64,000 nt of DNA from Blepharisma stoltei ATCC 30299 (GCA_965603825.1 CBFDEM010000027.1:186001-250000), one strand, 5' to 3'. Positions 23,164 through 34,723 are shown, counted from the stretch's first letter. The notes: generated by a model not told the origin, from the letters alone. Translations and numbers: made by a program.

Positions 23164-23823
23164 TTATTTGGTCAAATAATTTGCTGCAATATCCAATTCT
23201 TTTTTCAATATTGCATTATTCTTTTCAAGCTCTTCTAAATGAGCTTTTAAACTCCCTAAAACATATTGATAATAATTTATGATAGACTCGCCCCCATTCA
23301 GAACTTTACTTAAATTTTCATACTCAAGAGCTAAAGGCCAGTAATATTCGCAAGCACAGTTAAGTTCTTCCTCAAGCAATTGTTTTTGTCTGCTATCTCT
23401 GTCAATATTATCCAATAAATTCCCAATTTCATTTTCTTTGTTTTCACATGAATTATTCCTTATATTTTTATTTATCTGTTCAATTTTGCTTTTAAGTTCA
23501 TCAATATCTTCTTTAGTTTTTCGTTTTTCCTCTTCTATCTCAAAAAGCTTCATCTAAGTTAAATATACCGAAAGTTTAGCTGACTTGTTATAATAGTCAT
23601 TATAGTGGATTTTTTCATCATTATGCTGCTCCTTTAATTGAGTAAATTCGTCTGATAAGTTTTCTGTAGTTGGAAGTATTTCTATGCTTTCTTCTTTTGC
23701 TATCTTTAAACTAATGGTTCAAGTTCTTGGCTTAATCTTTATCTCATACAAACGCTGCATTAAAAGTGGATTTTTTATTTTTAAAGGCTTAGGGATTGGA
23801 GAGTTCGAGCAAATGTTTCCCAT
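23164..23823 (-). CDS. N-acylated coiled-coil protein, one 15-nt intron
   Basis: MGNICS start at 23823, one TGA, intron 23554-23568 joins to ORF 23164-23553. Confidence 0.75.
23554..23568 (-). other. 15-nt spliceosomal intron
   Basis: GTATATTTAACTTAG, phase 0, in-frame TAG. Confidence 0.85.
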
Positions 23824-23905
23824 TTATTCATTATATTTAATGGAAATCTATAAAATGCCATTGATTAATCGAAACTATTTTTTATTATCCCTAACATTGT
23901 ATTAT

Positions 23906-26023
23906 TTATCTAATAGGGACTTCAGGGACAAAGTTGGTATTCCTAGCTGGGTTAAAAGCTTCAGAGCATTTCGCCATTGTTGGAGAAGCACGAGAAATGG
24001 CGTCTGTCATATAAAAGTTATCAATAAAATCGCTTATGACTGTCTTGTTTACTTCACCTTTCACAGGGACTGTATGCCAGCTTAAACTGTAAGGCTCAAC
24101 ATAGTCATACTTAATCAAATGTGGAGCAAGCTCAGCGATTCTGTACCTTATTTCTTGCAAATTGTCATAAGGCAGTGTTTGGCCTAGCACCTCACTGAGT
24201 GCTCTGAGGATTTCCCAATCAGCTTTAGCTTGTCCTGGAGCAGGTATTGCTTTTTTGCCTAGACTTACTCTTCCATCAGTATTCACATAAGACCCTGACT
24301 TTTCTACATAGGAAGCTCCAGGGAGAATTAAATTGGCTCTAGACGCTCCTTCATCTCCATGAGTTCCTTGATATACCACAAAAGCATCATCTGGGATTTC
24401 ATCAGGTTTGAAATTATCAGCTCCTAATAAATACATAAACTTTGGCTTAGCTTTAGGGTCATATTCGCTGGTGATTCCAACCTCCAATGCAGCAACAGTG
24501 CCTACTTCATTATGTAGCACATTATATCCGTTCCAGTTCGACTCTGGTTTAATTACATTGTATTTCTTTGCAATTTCTTGGATTACGGAGTTCACAGCTT
24601 CCCCATCTTCTCTTTTCAGCACATTTGCTCCTACCAAAATCATTGGGAATTTTGCTTTTTCTAATGTTTTTGCAAATGGGTGGGTTCCTTTTAATAAATC
24701 AGTTAACGCTGACGTGGAGGTTCCCAAGTGGGTGTGGTCATAAGTTAAATAGTCATCAGTTCCAATAAGTCCTACATTTAAGCCATTCAAGACAGTTGCT
24801 TTTCTAACTCTTGCATTTATAACAGGAGAATCAAGCCTTAAATTGGCTCCAATTACAAGTAGCAAGTCAGCTTCTTCAATTCCAGAAATTCTGGAGTTCA
24901 TCAAATAGTTGTTTCTGAAATCAGGGCTGAGTTTGACTCCATTCTTTTTAGCGTCAATATTTTCACATCCAAGCTTATACATCAAATCTCTAAATGCAAC
25001 AACTGCTTCAACGTCCATAAATTCACCAATGATTCCTACCATATCATTTCCTGATGTCTTTGAAACCTCTTCAGCTAGAACTTCTAGGGCATCTTTCCAA
25101 GTAAGTTCTTCATAGCTGCCATCAGCCTTTTTCTTTAAGCAAGCATTTAGTCTTTGTCTTTTCAAGCCATCAAAAGCATGGCGTGACCTATCATGAATCC
25201 ACTCCTCATTGACTTCTTCATGGAGCCTTGGAAGCACCCTTTTGACTTCTCCACCTTTGCAGCTGATTTCAATTGACGGAGTAATTGAGTCTGTAGGGTC
25301 AATTGACATAACATTTCTCAGTTCCCAAGGCCTGGCAGTAAAAGCATAAGGAGCATTCGTCAAAGCTCCAACTGGGCACAAATCTACCAAGTTTCCTGAA
25401 AGCTCACTGTGCACCATTTTTTCCACATAGGTCCCGACCTCAGTTTCTCTGCCTCTTCCAGTTGTTCCAAGAATTGGAATTCCTGCGACTTCTTCATAAA
25501 ACCTTATGCAGCGGGTGCAGTGGATGCATCTTGTCATTACTGTAGCAACAAGTGGGCCGTAATTTTTATCCTCCACAGCTCTCTTGTATTCCATGAACCT
25601 TCCAATTTTGTAGCCATAAAGCGCTGATTGGTCTTGTAGGTCGCATTCGCCTCCTTGGTCGCAAATAGGACAGTCTAGCGGATGGTTTGCAAGCAAAAAT
25701 TCCATAACACCTCCTCTGGCATTATACGTCTTTTCTGACTTGGTGTTAATTCTCATGCCTGGAGAAACTGGCATAGAGCAGGCTGTCATCACTTTGGGCA
25801 TTTTTTCGATTTCTACAATGCACATTCTGCAGTTCCCGGAGACTGCCAGTCGTTCATGAAAGCAGAAGTGGGGAACCACGACACCAGCTTTTTGGCAAGC
25901 TTGGAGGATGGAGTAGTCGGGAGCTACTGACACTGGTGTTCCGTCGACAAAGACTTCGATGTTGTTCAGTAGCCGAGATGATGTCTTGAAATGACGAGAA
26001 ATCTTCTGGCAAAGTTTAAGCAT
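23906..26023 (-). CDS. NDUFS1: Complex I 75 kDa Fe-S subunit
   Basis: FCFHERLAVSGNCRMC, HPLDCPICDQGGECDLQD, RCIHCTRC, DLCPVGAL; mitochondrial presequence. Confidence 0.98.
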   Translation of the reverse strand: MLKLCQKISRHFKTSSRLLNNIEVFVDGTPVSVAPDYSILQACQKAGVVVPHFCFHERLAVSGNCRMCIVEIEKMPKVMTACSMPVSPGMRINTKSEKTYNARGGVMEFLLANHPLDCPICDQGGECDLQDQSALYGYKIGRFMEYKRAVEDKNYGPLVATVMTRCIHCTRCIRFYEEVAGIPILGTTGRGRETEVGTYVEKMVHSELSGNLVDLCPVGALTNAPYAFTARPWELRNVMSIDPTDSITPSIEISCKGGEVKRVLPRLHEEVNEEWIHDRSRHAFDGLKRQRLNACLKKKADGSYEELTWKDALEVLAEEVSKTSGNDMVGIIGEFMDVEAVVAFRDLMYKLGCENIDAKKNGVKLSPDFRNNYLMNSRISGIEEADLLLVIGANLRLDSPVINARVRKATVLNGLNVGLIGTDDYLTYDHTHLGTSTSALTDLLKGTHPFAKTLEKAKFPMILVGANVLKREDGEAVNSVIQEIAKKYNVIKPESNWNGYNVLHNEVGTVAALEVGITSEYDPKAKPKFMYLLGADNFKPDEIPDDAFVVYQGTHGDEGASRANLILPGASYVEKSGSYVNTDGRVSLGKKAIPAPGQAKADWEILRALSEVLGQTLPYDNLQEIRYRIAELAPHLIKYDYVEPYSLSWHTVPVKGEVNKTVISDFIDNFYMTDAISRASPTMAKCSEAFNPARNTNFVPEVPIR

Positions 26024-26160
26024 TTTATAAGAATTTAGGAGTTTATTTGAATTATCGGAATTCTTAGAGACAGTGGGAGATTGATTAATTACTGGAAATT
26101 TTTGGTGCGTGCTTAAAGAATAGGAAAGATAATGAGAAATGTATAAATAAATAAACCATT

Positions 26161-29013
26161 ATGAGCATCCCTATAACAGAAGGGAGTTATTCTCTGCTTT
26201 GGGATAGAGAAAACTCATTTAAGCTGCATAAAAAACGCTTAGATGAGATCAAAAAGAAAAACTCGAGAAAATCGAGTAAATCAAGCTTTGATGCTAAGAA
26301 ACATTGTTTGTTGAAAGAAAAGACAAGGGCGTTCCTTGAGCAAGAAAAAGCTGATGAAATTAATAAGCAGAACCAGAAATTTCTTGATAAATTGAATGCG
26401 ATAAAGTTAGGCAAAAATAATGTAATTGTTACACAGAAACATTCATCAAGCTCGAAAGATCTCAATGAGAGCAAGAGCCTTAATTTTACTAAACGAAAAA
26501 GAGAATCTGAAAGAATATCATATGAAAATGAAATGCTAGTAAAACGGCTCTCTGATCAGCCTTCAAATGTTTCTCGCCAAAAACTTATTGAGGAATATGA
26601 ACAGGTAGAAAAATATAAAAATGCAATTTCCAGAACAAAATTGCATGAAAAACTCAAAAAGCTTGCAAATTTTGAAGGGAGATATAATCATTTACCACCA
26701 CTTGATGAAGATAAAAGTGAAACAGGCAATTTTGCATCTATGTCTAGGTCTCATTCAGTGCTACCAAAAGATCATTCTAAAAAGAAAGATTTTTCAATGA
26801 CTGATAGGATTTCATTAAAGAGCAATAATAGAGAAAGAAAAAGCTCAACTCAAACTGATTTTCAATCTAAGACCCAAAGAGGTAAATCTCTTAGTAAGAA
26901 AATTTCTGAAGGTTCTTTTGCTTCTTCAGAAAAAAATGAAAAAAGGACCTCTAAAAGTAGCATCAAGAATAAAATTTTAAATGTGAACCGAGACTCTATG
27001 TATTCTAAAACTCCTGAAATAATTTCAGGAGGTAATATCATTTCCCAAGGCAATAATGTTGAGTTAGTCTCACAAGGTTCCAATTCTGAACAAATTTTGG
27101 AAAGCTCTAATTACGAGCCTATTTCTCAAAATACTAATATTGAGCCGATATCACAAAACTTTAATACTGAACCAACTGTGGAAATTACTAATTACGAGCC
27201 TATTTCTGATAGCACTAATGCTGATCTGATCTCGCAAAATTTTAATTTTGAGCCTGTACAAGAAAGTAATAAACTTGAGCCTATTTCTCAAAATACTAAA
27301 CCTGATGTTGCTCAAGAATCTGATATCGACTTAATTTCAGAAAGCATAAATACAGAAACTTTTTCTCAAAATACAGATGCTGAGCAAGCTTTGCAAAGTT
27401 TTCATGCTGAGCCAACTTTGCAAATCTCTAATAATAAAAACACTAATGCTGAGCTGATGCACGATCCTAGTGTTGATCCTATTTCAGAAAGTGAAGATGT
27501 TGATCCTATTTCAGAAAGTGTAGACGCTGAGCCTATTTCAGAAAGTGCAGAAGTTGGACCTTTATCTCAGTATAATAATGCTGAGCCAGTTTTCCAAAGT
27601 TCTAATGCTGGGCCTATTGCTGAAAGTTCTAATATTGAGACTATTACTCAAAGTATTTCACTAGAAGAAATATTGTCAATAGAAAAGAATGAAGAGATTT
27701 TCAGCAACAAAGAAGATTCCAAATTAAATCTGAAAAGTAAAAGAGGATCAATTTATATGAAGGAAAGTGCAAAATCAAAAGAGATTTCCAGCAAAGAAAA
27801 TTCAGAATTAAAGTTCGAAAGTCCTAGGGAATTAATCCATGTGAATGAAAGTGCAAGGTCAAAAGCTTTCAGTAGCAAAGAAGATTCCAAACTAAAGCTG
27901 GAAAGTTCAAGAGAACTAATTCACATGAATGAAAGCGTAGAACATTTGCGCAGCAAAGAAAATTCTAAATTAGATATAGAAAGCTCGAGGGAATTGATTA
28001 ATTTAAATGAAAGTGTAGAACCAAAAGAAGTTTTTAGCAGCAAAGAAAATTCGCAAATAGAATCAGGAAGTCAAAGAAAACAAATTTATATTAACGAAAG
28101 TGCAAGGTCTAAAGAAATCTTTAGTAGCAAAGAAAACTTCAAATTAGAGCTGGAAAGTCCAAAGGAATTAAGTCAAATGAATGAAAGCGTGAAATCAAAA
28201 GAAATCTTCAGCAAAAAAAATTCGAAATTAGAGCTGGAAAGTCCTAGGGAATTAATTCATGAAAATGAAAGCGAAAAATCAGCAATTTTCAGCAATAAAG
28301 ATTCCAAACTCAAGCTGGAAAGTCCAAATGAATTAATTAATATTGGCGAAAGTGCTAATACTAAAGAAATGTTCAGCAAAGAAAATTCGAAATTATCTCT
28401 GGAAACTCCAAAAGAACTAACCCATATGAACAAAAGTGCTAAATCTAAAGAAATTTTCAACGAAGAAAATTCTAAATTAGAACTGGAGAGTCCAAAGGGA
28501 TTAATCCATATGAACGAAAGTGCTAGATCTAAAGAAATTTTCACCAATGAAGAGCTGGAAAGCCCAAGAGAAATAATTCATGCAGCGTTAAAAGAAATTT
28601 TTGACAACAGTAAAGGCTCCATATTAGAGCTGGAAAGTCCTAGGCAACTAACTCATGTAGAGCCAAAAGAAATTTCCAGTAAACAAGATTCAAAATTAGA
28701 GATAGAAACTTTAAGAGAAATCCATGAAGAACTAAGAGAAATTTGTAGCAAAGAAGATTCTAAGTTAGATATAATCTATTTAGAGCCGAAAGAAAGAATT
28801 AGCAAAGAAGATTCCAAATTAGATCTAGAAATCCCAAGAAAATTAATCCTTATGAATGAAGATGTAGAGCCAAAAGAATTCAGTGTAACTGAAGTTGAGA
28901 AAGAAGAAACTAATTTGCATGAAAATAATAAAGACTATGAAATAAATTACAATGAAAATTCTCAAAGCATACCTCACATTCCTGATGGAGAAGTTGAAGA
29001 GATTGATATTTAA
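26161..29013 (+). CDS. CFAP97/Hemingway-like N-terminal domain plus long repetitive acidic tail (950 aa)
   Basis: LHKKRL...EINKQNQKFLDKL...KSLNFTKRKRESERISYENEMLVKRL pattern; two tandem repeat arrays downstream. Confidence 0.7.
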   Translation: MSIPITEGSYSLLWDRENSFKLHKKRLDEIKKKNSRKSSKSSFDAKKHCLLKEKTRAFLEQEKADEINKQNQKFLDKLNAIKLGKNNVIVTQKHSSSSKDLNESKSLNFTKRKRESERISYENEMLVKRLSDQPSNVSRQKLIEEYEQVEKYKNAISRTKLHEKLKKLANFEGRYNHLPPLDEDKSETGNFASMSRSHSVLPKDHSKKKDFSMTDRISLKSNNRERKSSTQTDFQSKTQRGKSLSKKISEGSFASSEKNEKRTSKSSIKNKILNVNRDSMYSKTPEIISGGNIISQGNNVELVSQGSNSEQILESSNYEPISQNTNIEPISQNFNTEPTVEITNYEPISDSTNADLISQNFNFEPVQESNKLEPISQNTKPDVAQESDIDLISESINTETFSQNTDAEQALQSFHAEPTLQISNNKNTNAELMHDPSVDPISESEDVDPISESVDAEPISESAEVGPLSQYNNAEPVFQSSNAGPIAESSNIETITQSISLEEILSIEKNEEIFSNKEDSKLNLKSKRGSIYMKESAKSKEISSKENSELKFESPRELIHVNESARSKAFSSKEDSKLKLESSRELIHMNESVEHLRSKENSKLDIESSRELINLNESVEPKEVFSSKENSQIESGSQRKQIYINESARSKEIFSSKENFKLELESPKELSQMNESVKSKEIFSKKNSKLELESPRELIHENESEKSAIFSNKDSKLKLESPNELINIGESANTKEMFSKENSKLSLETPKELTHMNKSAKSKEIFNEENSKLELESPKGLIHMNESARSKEIFTNEELESPREIIHAALKEIFDNSKGSILELESPRQLTHVEPKEISSKQDSKLEIETLREIHEELREICSKEDSKLDIIYLEPKERISKEDSKLDLEIPRKLILMNEDVEPKEFSVTEVEKEETNLHENNKDYEINYNENSQSIPHIPDGEVEEIDI
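27028..27650 (+). repeat. Coding 27-bp (9-aa, EPISQNTNx) degenerate tandem repeat
   Basis: e.g. gttgatcctatttcagaaagtg units at 27472-27552; boundaries approximate. Confidence 0.8.
27690..28880 (+). repeat. Coding ~84-87-bp (28-29-aa) degenerate tandem repeat
   Basis: KEIFSSKENSKLELESPRELIHMNESAxS recurs more than ten times, shortening towards the end; boundaries approximate. Confidence 0.85.
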
Positions 29014-29099
29014 TAGTTATAATATTCAATTTAAAACAAAAATATAGCAATAGTTGACACTGAATAAATAAATAATTAAATATGATTCCATATTATGAA

Positions 29100-29375
29100 T
29101 TACATTCATTTTCGGTAGCCATTTCTATTTTCTGCTTCCGTTTTTTTGTGCCGATCAGTATACGGGGAATCTTCTAAAAATGAATTTGCTTCCACAACCA
29201 CAAATAAATAAGTTTTGCTGTGAAACTTGCTTAAGTTGTGTAAAGACGAGGATATTTTAGGTTTTTTCCTTGATTCTGAGCATAATTTGCTCAAAATTCT
29301 TTTTGAATGGTCAACAAAAAGCTTGTCGCTTTGACAAGTTGATACTTTTTTCTGGGTAGAATTGAAACACCCCAT
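29100..29375 (-). CDS. Small N-acylated protein (MGCFNS), 91 aa
   Basis: ATG 29375; ends TGA ATG TAA. Confidence 0.65.
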
Positions 29376-29487
29376 ATTTTTATATTCATTTTATTTATAA
29401 ATGAATGATTATAAATACGGAAGATATATACTATATTATATTAAGCTTGCAATAAGCATATAAATAAATATAACATTAAGATGTTAT

Positions 29488-30531
29488 CTATAAATAAAAA
29501 CTGTTTTGTGACTTTCTTCCTAGTAATTCCTTTTTCTTAGGAATGTGAACATCTGATTCCCCTGTAAAGGAATCGTTATAAGTTGTGCTATATTGTCCCA
29601 TCCAAGACTGCTTAGGTACAACTTCATCCATTTTCCCTTTTTCTTTAGTTGGCCTCTTATCAATCTTATATGACCCAAAATCCTTTTTAGTTGAGCTTTC
29701 TCCTATAAATATTGAATTCGGTGGGAAAACGTCTGAGCTCTTTCAATTATTCAAAGCCAAAGATTTTGAAAAAGCATTGGCTTCTTTATTTTCAAGCGGC
29801 AGCTTTTTTGAAAACTCCTCAATATAGCTTGATTTAATATTCATTTTCACTTCCTTCGGTCTGTATGGTAAAGATTGCTGGTACGATTTTTCAATGAATG
29901 CAGGGCCTCAGTTCAAGTAATCAGCATCATATGTGCTCCTCCCAGCAAATTTAAGCTTTTGGTCCTTCGATCCTTCTTTTTCTAATTTTTTTTGAGGCTC
30001 TATTTGATGAGGTTTATAGTCCTGCCGTTTTATTGTGATATTTTCAAAAGGAAATTTATTCGGACTGTAAGATGGATTACTTACTAAGTTAACGATTGGA
30101 AATCTTTTCTTCTTATAATATTCAATTTTATAGTTTGTTGAAAACTGTGCCATTGCAAATTTAGTGTTAGGCTTATATTCCCCTGGACATTTATGCTTTC
30201 CACAAGTGCATAAATAGCAATAGCATTGCCCAACTGTATGCTCCATTTCGTTTACTGGCGGAAGTTTTGGATCATCAAGAGCACAGCCTGTCTCATTTCT
30301 ATTGGAATTTCTCTTGCTATTATTAGAAGAGCCTTTACAGTTATTGACTGTCTCGAAGTTTGCAAATGAGCTATTTACCGACAAACTTTTTAAAACCGCT
30401 GCTTTTTTCTTCGCAAAATCGACTGATTGAGGCCTTGCATATTTTTTTTTGATTTTCACTGAATGAGGTCTGCTTAATGCAGAAGAAGTTTGAGGCTTAA
30501 CAAATAATTTCAAGTTTCCATTAGCTTTCAT
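29488..30531 (-). CDS. SAXO/FAM154-like microtubule-stabilising (STOP-related) protein (347 aa)
   Basis: CYCYLCTCGKHKCP motif followed by repeated STNYKIEY, STYDADY, SSYIEEF, STKKDF, TTYNDSF modules; two TGA read through to TAG 29488-29490. Confidence 0.8.
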
Positions 30532-30644
30532 TTGCAATTTTTTTATATTTTAATAGAGTAATCTATTATTTATTACAATGCTCAAGGCTAATTAACTACT
30601 TCACTCTATCTTGGGTAAAGCAAAGGACTGCCTTAAGAGCTTTA

Positions 30645-31286
30645 TTAAGTTTTAACAGAGATTTTTGGCTTGAAAAAATTCGTTGAAAGCCAATTGATTT
30701 TATCCAGACAGATGTTAAGGGGGAATTTATCATTTAATTTGTTGTTGATATTAGATATTTCAAAAGATCTATTTCGCTTTAATACAGGTTTTGACTGGAT
30801 TTGTGTCAATTTTCTAGGTTTTGGCTTATTTATGTCAAAATTCCATGTTGATTTAGTCGCTAGTTTTACTGGCGGGTCAATTGGAGGAAGGCTTTTGAGC
30901 TTCACAAATTTTTTGGACTTGCGTTGAAACATAGCAGGAGAGATATTTTTAAATAGCTCTTTTACGTTCTCGTGATGTACAGACAAGTCTTCAGTTGTGA
31001 AAACAGGGCTGTCATTCAGAGTTTTTCGTTTTTTAGTGTTTCTTTGGATTGGAATTAGAGAAGGCTTGAATTCTGTGTTTCTGGATATGGCGGATCCTTC
31101 GTTTGTAGGGGAAATATTTTGGGTCTTTGGCAGGAGAGTTTGATTTTTAGATTCAGTATCTTTAATACTGTCAGTTCTTAATATATTGATGGTTATTTGG
31201 TTTTGAGAAGACACGCGTGATCTTCGACCTTTCGGAAGGATGTGGTCTGGCAGAAGGTAGCTTTGAAGTACATTTGGTTTTTCCAT
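30645..31286 (-). CDS. Basic hypothetical protein
   Basis: 213-aa ORF with ATG and TAA; no family recognised. Confidence 0.6.
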   Translation of the reverse strand: MEKPNVLQSYLLPDHILPKGRRSRVSSQNQITINILRTDSIKDTESKNQTLLPKTQNISPTNEGSAISRNTEFKPSLIPIQRNTKKRKTLNDSPVFTTEDLSVHHENVKELFKNISPAMFQRKSKKFVKLKSLPPIDPPVKLATKSTWNFDINKPKPRKLTQIQSKPVLKRNRSFEISNINNKLNDKFPLNICLDKINWLSTNFFKPKISVKT

Positions 31287-31751
31287 TTACTATGAATAAA
31301 GCTGATAATTCTTGTAAAATTTTTGATAAGTATAATGATTTTTAAAGAATCTGCTATTTTTATTTCACTTAATGTTTAAGTCTCTTATGAAGATGCATAA
31401 AACTTGATAGAATTTGTAACTCTCATTTTGGAAGTTTCAAGAAATGATATAAATGAATTTAAAATTTATAAACATATTAGCAATTTATTATGGAATTTAT
31501 CCTCTTAATAATATTAAAGCAATTTATTTGCCTCAAAATTTTCATTAACTATAAATTAGTTTAATAAAGAATTATATCTTATACTATTTCACATATATAA
31601 TTTTTAGGCATTAGCTGAACGCATACAATTTAAAAGAATAAATATAATGCATTTCATGACGCTAACACATGATATTCTGAATGAAATAATTTTACATCCT
31701 TCTAGACTCTAAAGAAAAAGACACATTTTACCATCTGAATAAGCCGTATCG

Positions 31752-32132
31752 TTAAATTAATAGCTGTTCCACCGTATCCTTTGCCTCATCAATGCTTGGC
31801 TTCAACGGTGAACTCTTGTTAATAGTAATCGCGCAAGAAATGACAGGTCTAGAAACCCCACAAGCCCTACCCAAAGCAGCTTTGCTTTTAATAAAAACAT
31901 AAGGAACATTCTTATCCTCCGCTAACAATGGAAGATGCAAAATAATTTCCAAAGGCTCAGTGTCAGCTGTCAAAATAATCAATTCCGCTTGCCCTCTATT
32001 TAGCGACTTTGTAGTCTCATTCGCACCTTTTTTAAGCTGCGAATAGTTTTGTGCTTGTTGTACAAGCTCCAATAAAGTATTCGTAAGCTTGGCGTCAGCC
32101 AGAGGATAAGCTCTTGATTTTGGATCAGCCAT
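31752..32132 (-). CDS. SNU13: 15.5K/Snu13 K-turn-binding protein (L7Ae family)
   Basis: [52 protein letters not shown]. Confidence 0.96.
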   Translation of the reverse strand: MADPKSRAYPLADAKLTNTLLELVQQAQNYSQLKKGANETTKSLNRGQAELIILTADTEPLEIILHLPLLAEDKNVPYVFIKSKAALGRACGVSRPVISCAITINKSSPLKPSIDEAKDTVEQLLI

Positions 32133-32157
32133 TTATTTATCTTAATTTAAATAAACA

Positions 32158-33435
32158 TTAAAGACTTGCATAATTCGCTATGACTTGCTCCAAACACGGA
32201 AATGTGTACTCAAAGAAATGAGAAGTTTCGATACCAAATTTATTGTAGTGGTGCAAATAAGCGCCTGATTGAGACATTCGGAAAGTCTTGTCAATTAGAG
32301 CATCAAGCTCTTCCAAAATAGCTTGACTGTTGTTAATCACCGTCATTCGCTTTTCATAGCTTCCACATCGAATATCAGTTCGATAATCTGCATAAGGGAA
32401 GTTGGTCCAGCTTTCTGACATTGCAGGAATAGAGGAAAGATCAGCTGTGCTGCTTTCTCGGCCTCTTAATATGGAGATTGAGGAAAGCACTTTGTTTCTT
32501 TTGGGGGATGTAATGTTCATGTTTCAGTTGATACTTGGCTCAGATGTATTGGTTAGAAGCATTTGAGAGCAGCGTTTAGCTAGAGTTGACCAAGTATCAT
32601 TGGAAAATTCAATGCTTTGGTCTGATTGAAGAGGGGTAGTGATTATGTCTAAGAAGGGAAAGCCTGTATTGCTGCAAAGGTTCCGATACACAGCTCGTAA
32701 TGGATTTTCGCCAAACTGGGAATATGAAGCGACTTGCCTAGGCCTTATGATTGGGGTGAACGCAGATGTAAGGACTGATGCTGAAAGCTTGTTAATGTGA
32801 GTGAAATCAGGTTTTGGAACATTTAGACAGCTTATTGCTGTCTGATAAAGCCAATTATTTTCTAATAATAAAATTCCATCTGCAGCTTCGACTAAATGAG
32901 ACAGAGTGAGAGCTGTATTGTAGTTTTGCAAAATCACTTCTCCAAATGAATAAGGCCAAACTGCAATACTTAGTAAATTTGCATCAAATTCTTCTTGAAC
33001 CATTTCTGCGATGCATGTGCCAACTCCAGAGCCTGTTCCTCCAGCAAGACTCATATAGAGAAGCATACCTTGAAGAACATCACACATTTCAAGCTGCTTT
33101 CTTATTTTATTCAAAATTTTATCTTTGCACTTTGCTCCATGAACATTATAACCGAATGCTCAGTTATTTCCTGAGCCTTCTTGCTTGCAAAATACAGCTG
33201 AAGGATCATAAGTTCATTCCTTGTTTTGGCTAAGGCATGCATTCACGACTTTTGGCTCCATGTCAACTAGCACAGCTTTTGCAGAGTGCTTTTGCCCATT
33301 AAAATTGAAGTAAGTATTTAAAATCGCGCTTGAAAGAGCTGGTGGAGATCTCAACGCTTCTTCATATAGCTCATTAAAGAAGGCTGATCCTGTTTGGTTT
33401 CCGCATTGTCCTACTTGCAAAGTCAAAATCGACAT
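32158..33435 (-). CDS. TUBD1: Delta-tubulin (425 aa)
   Basis: MSILTLQVGQCGNQ, AVLVDMEPKV, GSGNN(TGA=W)AFGY, SLAGGTGSG, EVILQNYN, GAYLHHY; three TGA read through. Confidence 0.92.
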
Positions 33436-33710
33436 TTTTTAATAGGAACAATTCAGCGTTCTACTCTCTTGTTTTCCTTATAATATCATGCTGCCCACTT
33501 TATAATTTTTTTTACGTTTTTAATACTAGCACAAAATTTAGCTTTTCCAGCGGCTTAAAAATATGAAAAAATGCAGGTTCCTGAAGATAGTTTCTATTCA
33601 ATATGTCAGTTTGACAGCAAGCTGCAGCTTATTTTATATAAAAATAGGTGTTTTGTTTCTTATAAGAAATAAAAAACACCATAATACCTAAACTATAAAT
33701 AATTAATTTT

Positions 33711-34697
33711 ATGTCCAAAACTCTAAAGAAATGTCTAGACAAAACTCAGGAAGATAATATTCGCGTGTCACCTATGATCATTCCAAAGGTGATTCGAGTC
33801 GTAAATTGTTACGCATCACTTATTGAGTCAAATATATCTCCTCCACCTTTCAGTCTAGACTCTGATCAGGAATGCTCCAAGCCTAAGAAAAGCTACAAGA
33901 AAAAAATTCGTGTTGCAAAAAATCCTGTTGAAGGAACCTACCTAAATCGTGCTCTTGATTTTTTAACCAGCATTGAGACATCCACAGCTCCAGAAAGCAA
34001 CAACCAATCCTCAGATGACAGCTCATCAGATTCTTCTGATTCCGATGAAAATTCAAACACCCTGACTAGATCCAGTACAAAGGAAAAACGAAAATCGTTT
34101 AAATGATGTTTAAGTCCTATTGACTCATCTAGATGACCTCAGATTGACCTGAGTGATGCCCCCACCACCATAAAGAATTCTCCTATGAAAGACAGCTTAA
34201 ATCTCGAGTTCAGGGCAAAATATCCTTTTCTAGACAGCAGACTGACTCTTTGCAAAATTGTGACTGTCAGAGAAAACATCATTTTTTGGCTCTGCAAAAC
34301 TTTCGACATTGAAGTTTGCACAGTCGCAATCGCTTGGACACTTTTCCAGAGGTTGCTTGGGATGAATGTAATCACTTTTGATAATATCAAGCTGTATGGG
34401 GGAATTTGTGTATTATTAGCATACAAATTTAATGAAGAAACCCATCTGAATGTTTCGAAAGAGCAGTTGAGGTTAATAGTGAAAGCAGTTTGCAGCATTG
34501 ACAAGAACCAAATTTTGCAGACAAAGGAGATTGCTAAGTGGGAGTTCAAGGTTTACTCATATTTAAGTTTTTCACTGCTTTTAGACCCTGATGAATATGA
34601 AAGCAGCTTTAATTACATTTTAGGCAGGCTAAACGTAACCGCTGAAGAGTATTTATCAGAATCTCCTAAGTTTATTCCAAGAAGTCCATCAGTATAG
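33711..34697 (+). CDS. CABLES-like cyclin-box protein (328 aa)
   Basis: Two ORFs joined by two TGA; LNLEFRAKYP..LTLCKI...TVAIAWTLFQRL...CVLLAYKF...EFKVYSYLSFSL matches the CABLES cyclin fold. Confidence 0.72.
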
Positions 34698-34723
34698 ATA
34701 AAATTCTAGTTAATTTAAATTTC

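Noticed and set aside
23889-23896. CCCTAACA (Blepharisma-type telomere unit), also at 39354-39361
   Set aside because: Single isolated 8-mers, one inside a CDS; compatible with chance, no array.
27028-28880. Repeat arrays as CRISPR or mobile element
   Set aside because: Degenerate in-frame coding repeats without spacers, terminal repeats or transposase.
31650-31690. ATTTCAT...CTGA-ATGAAAT hairpin near SNU13 as a C/D or K-turn element
   Set aside because: No proper RUGAUGA box and it is on the strand opposite SNU13.
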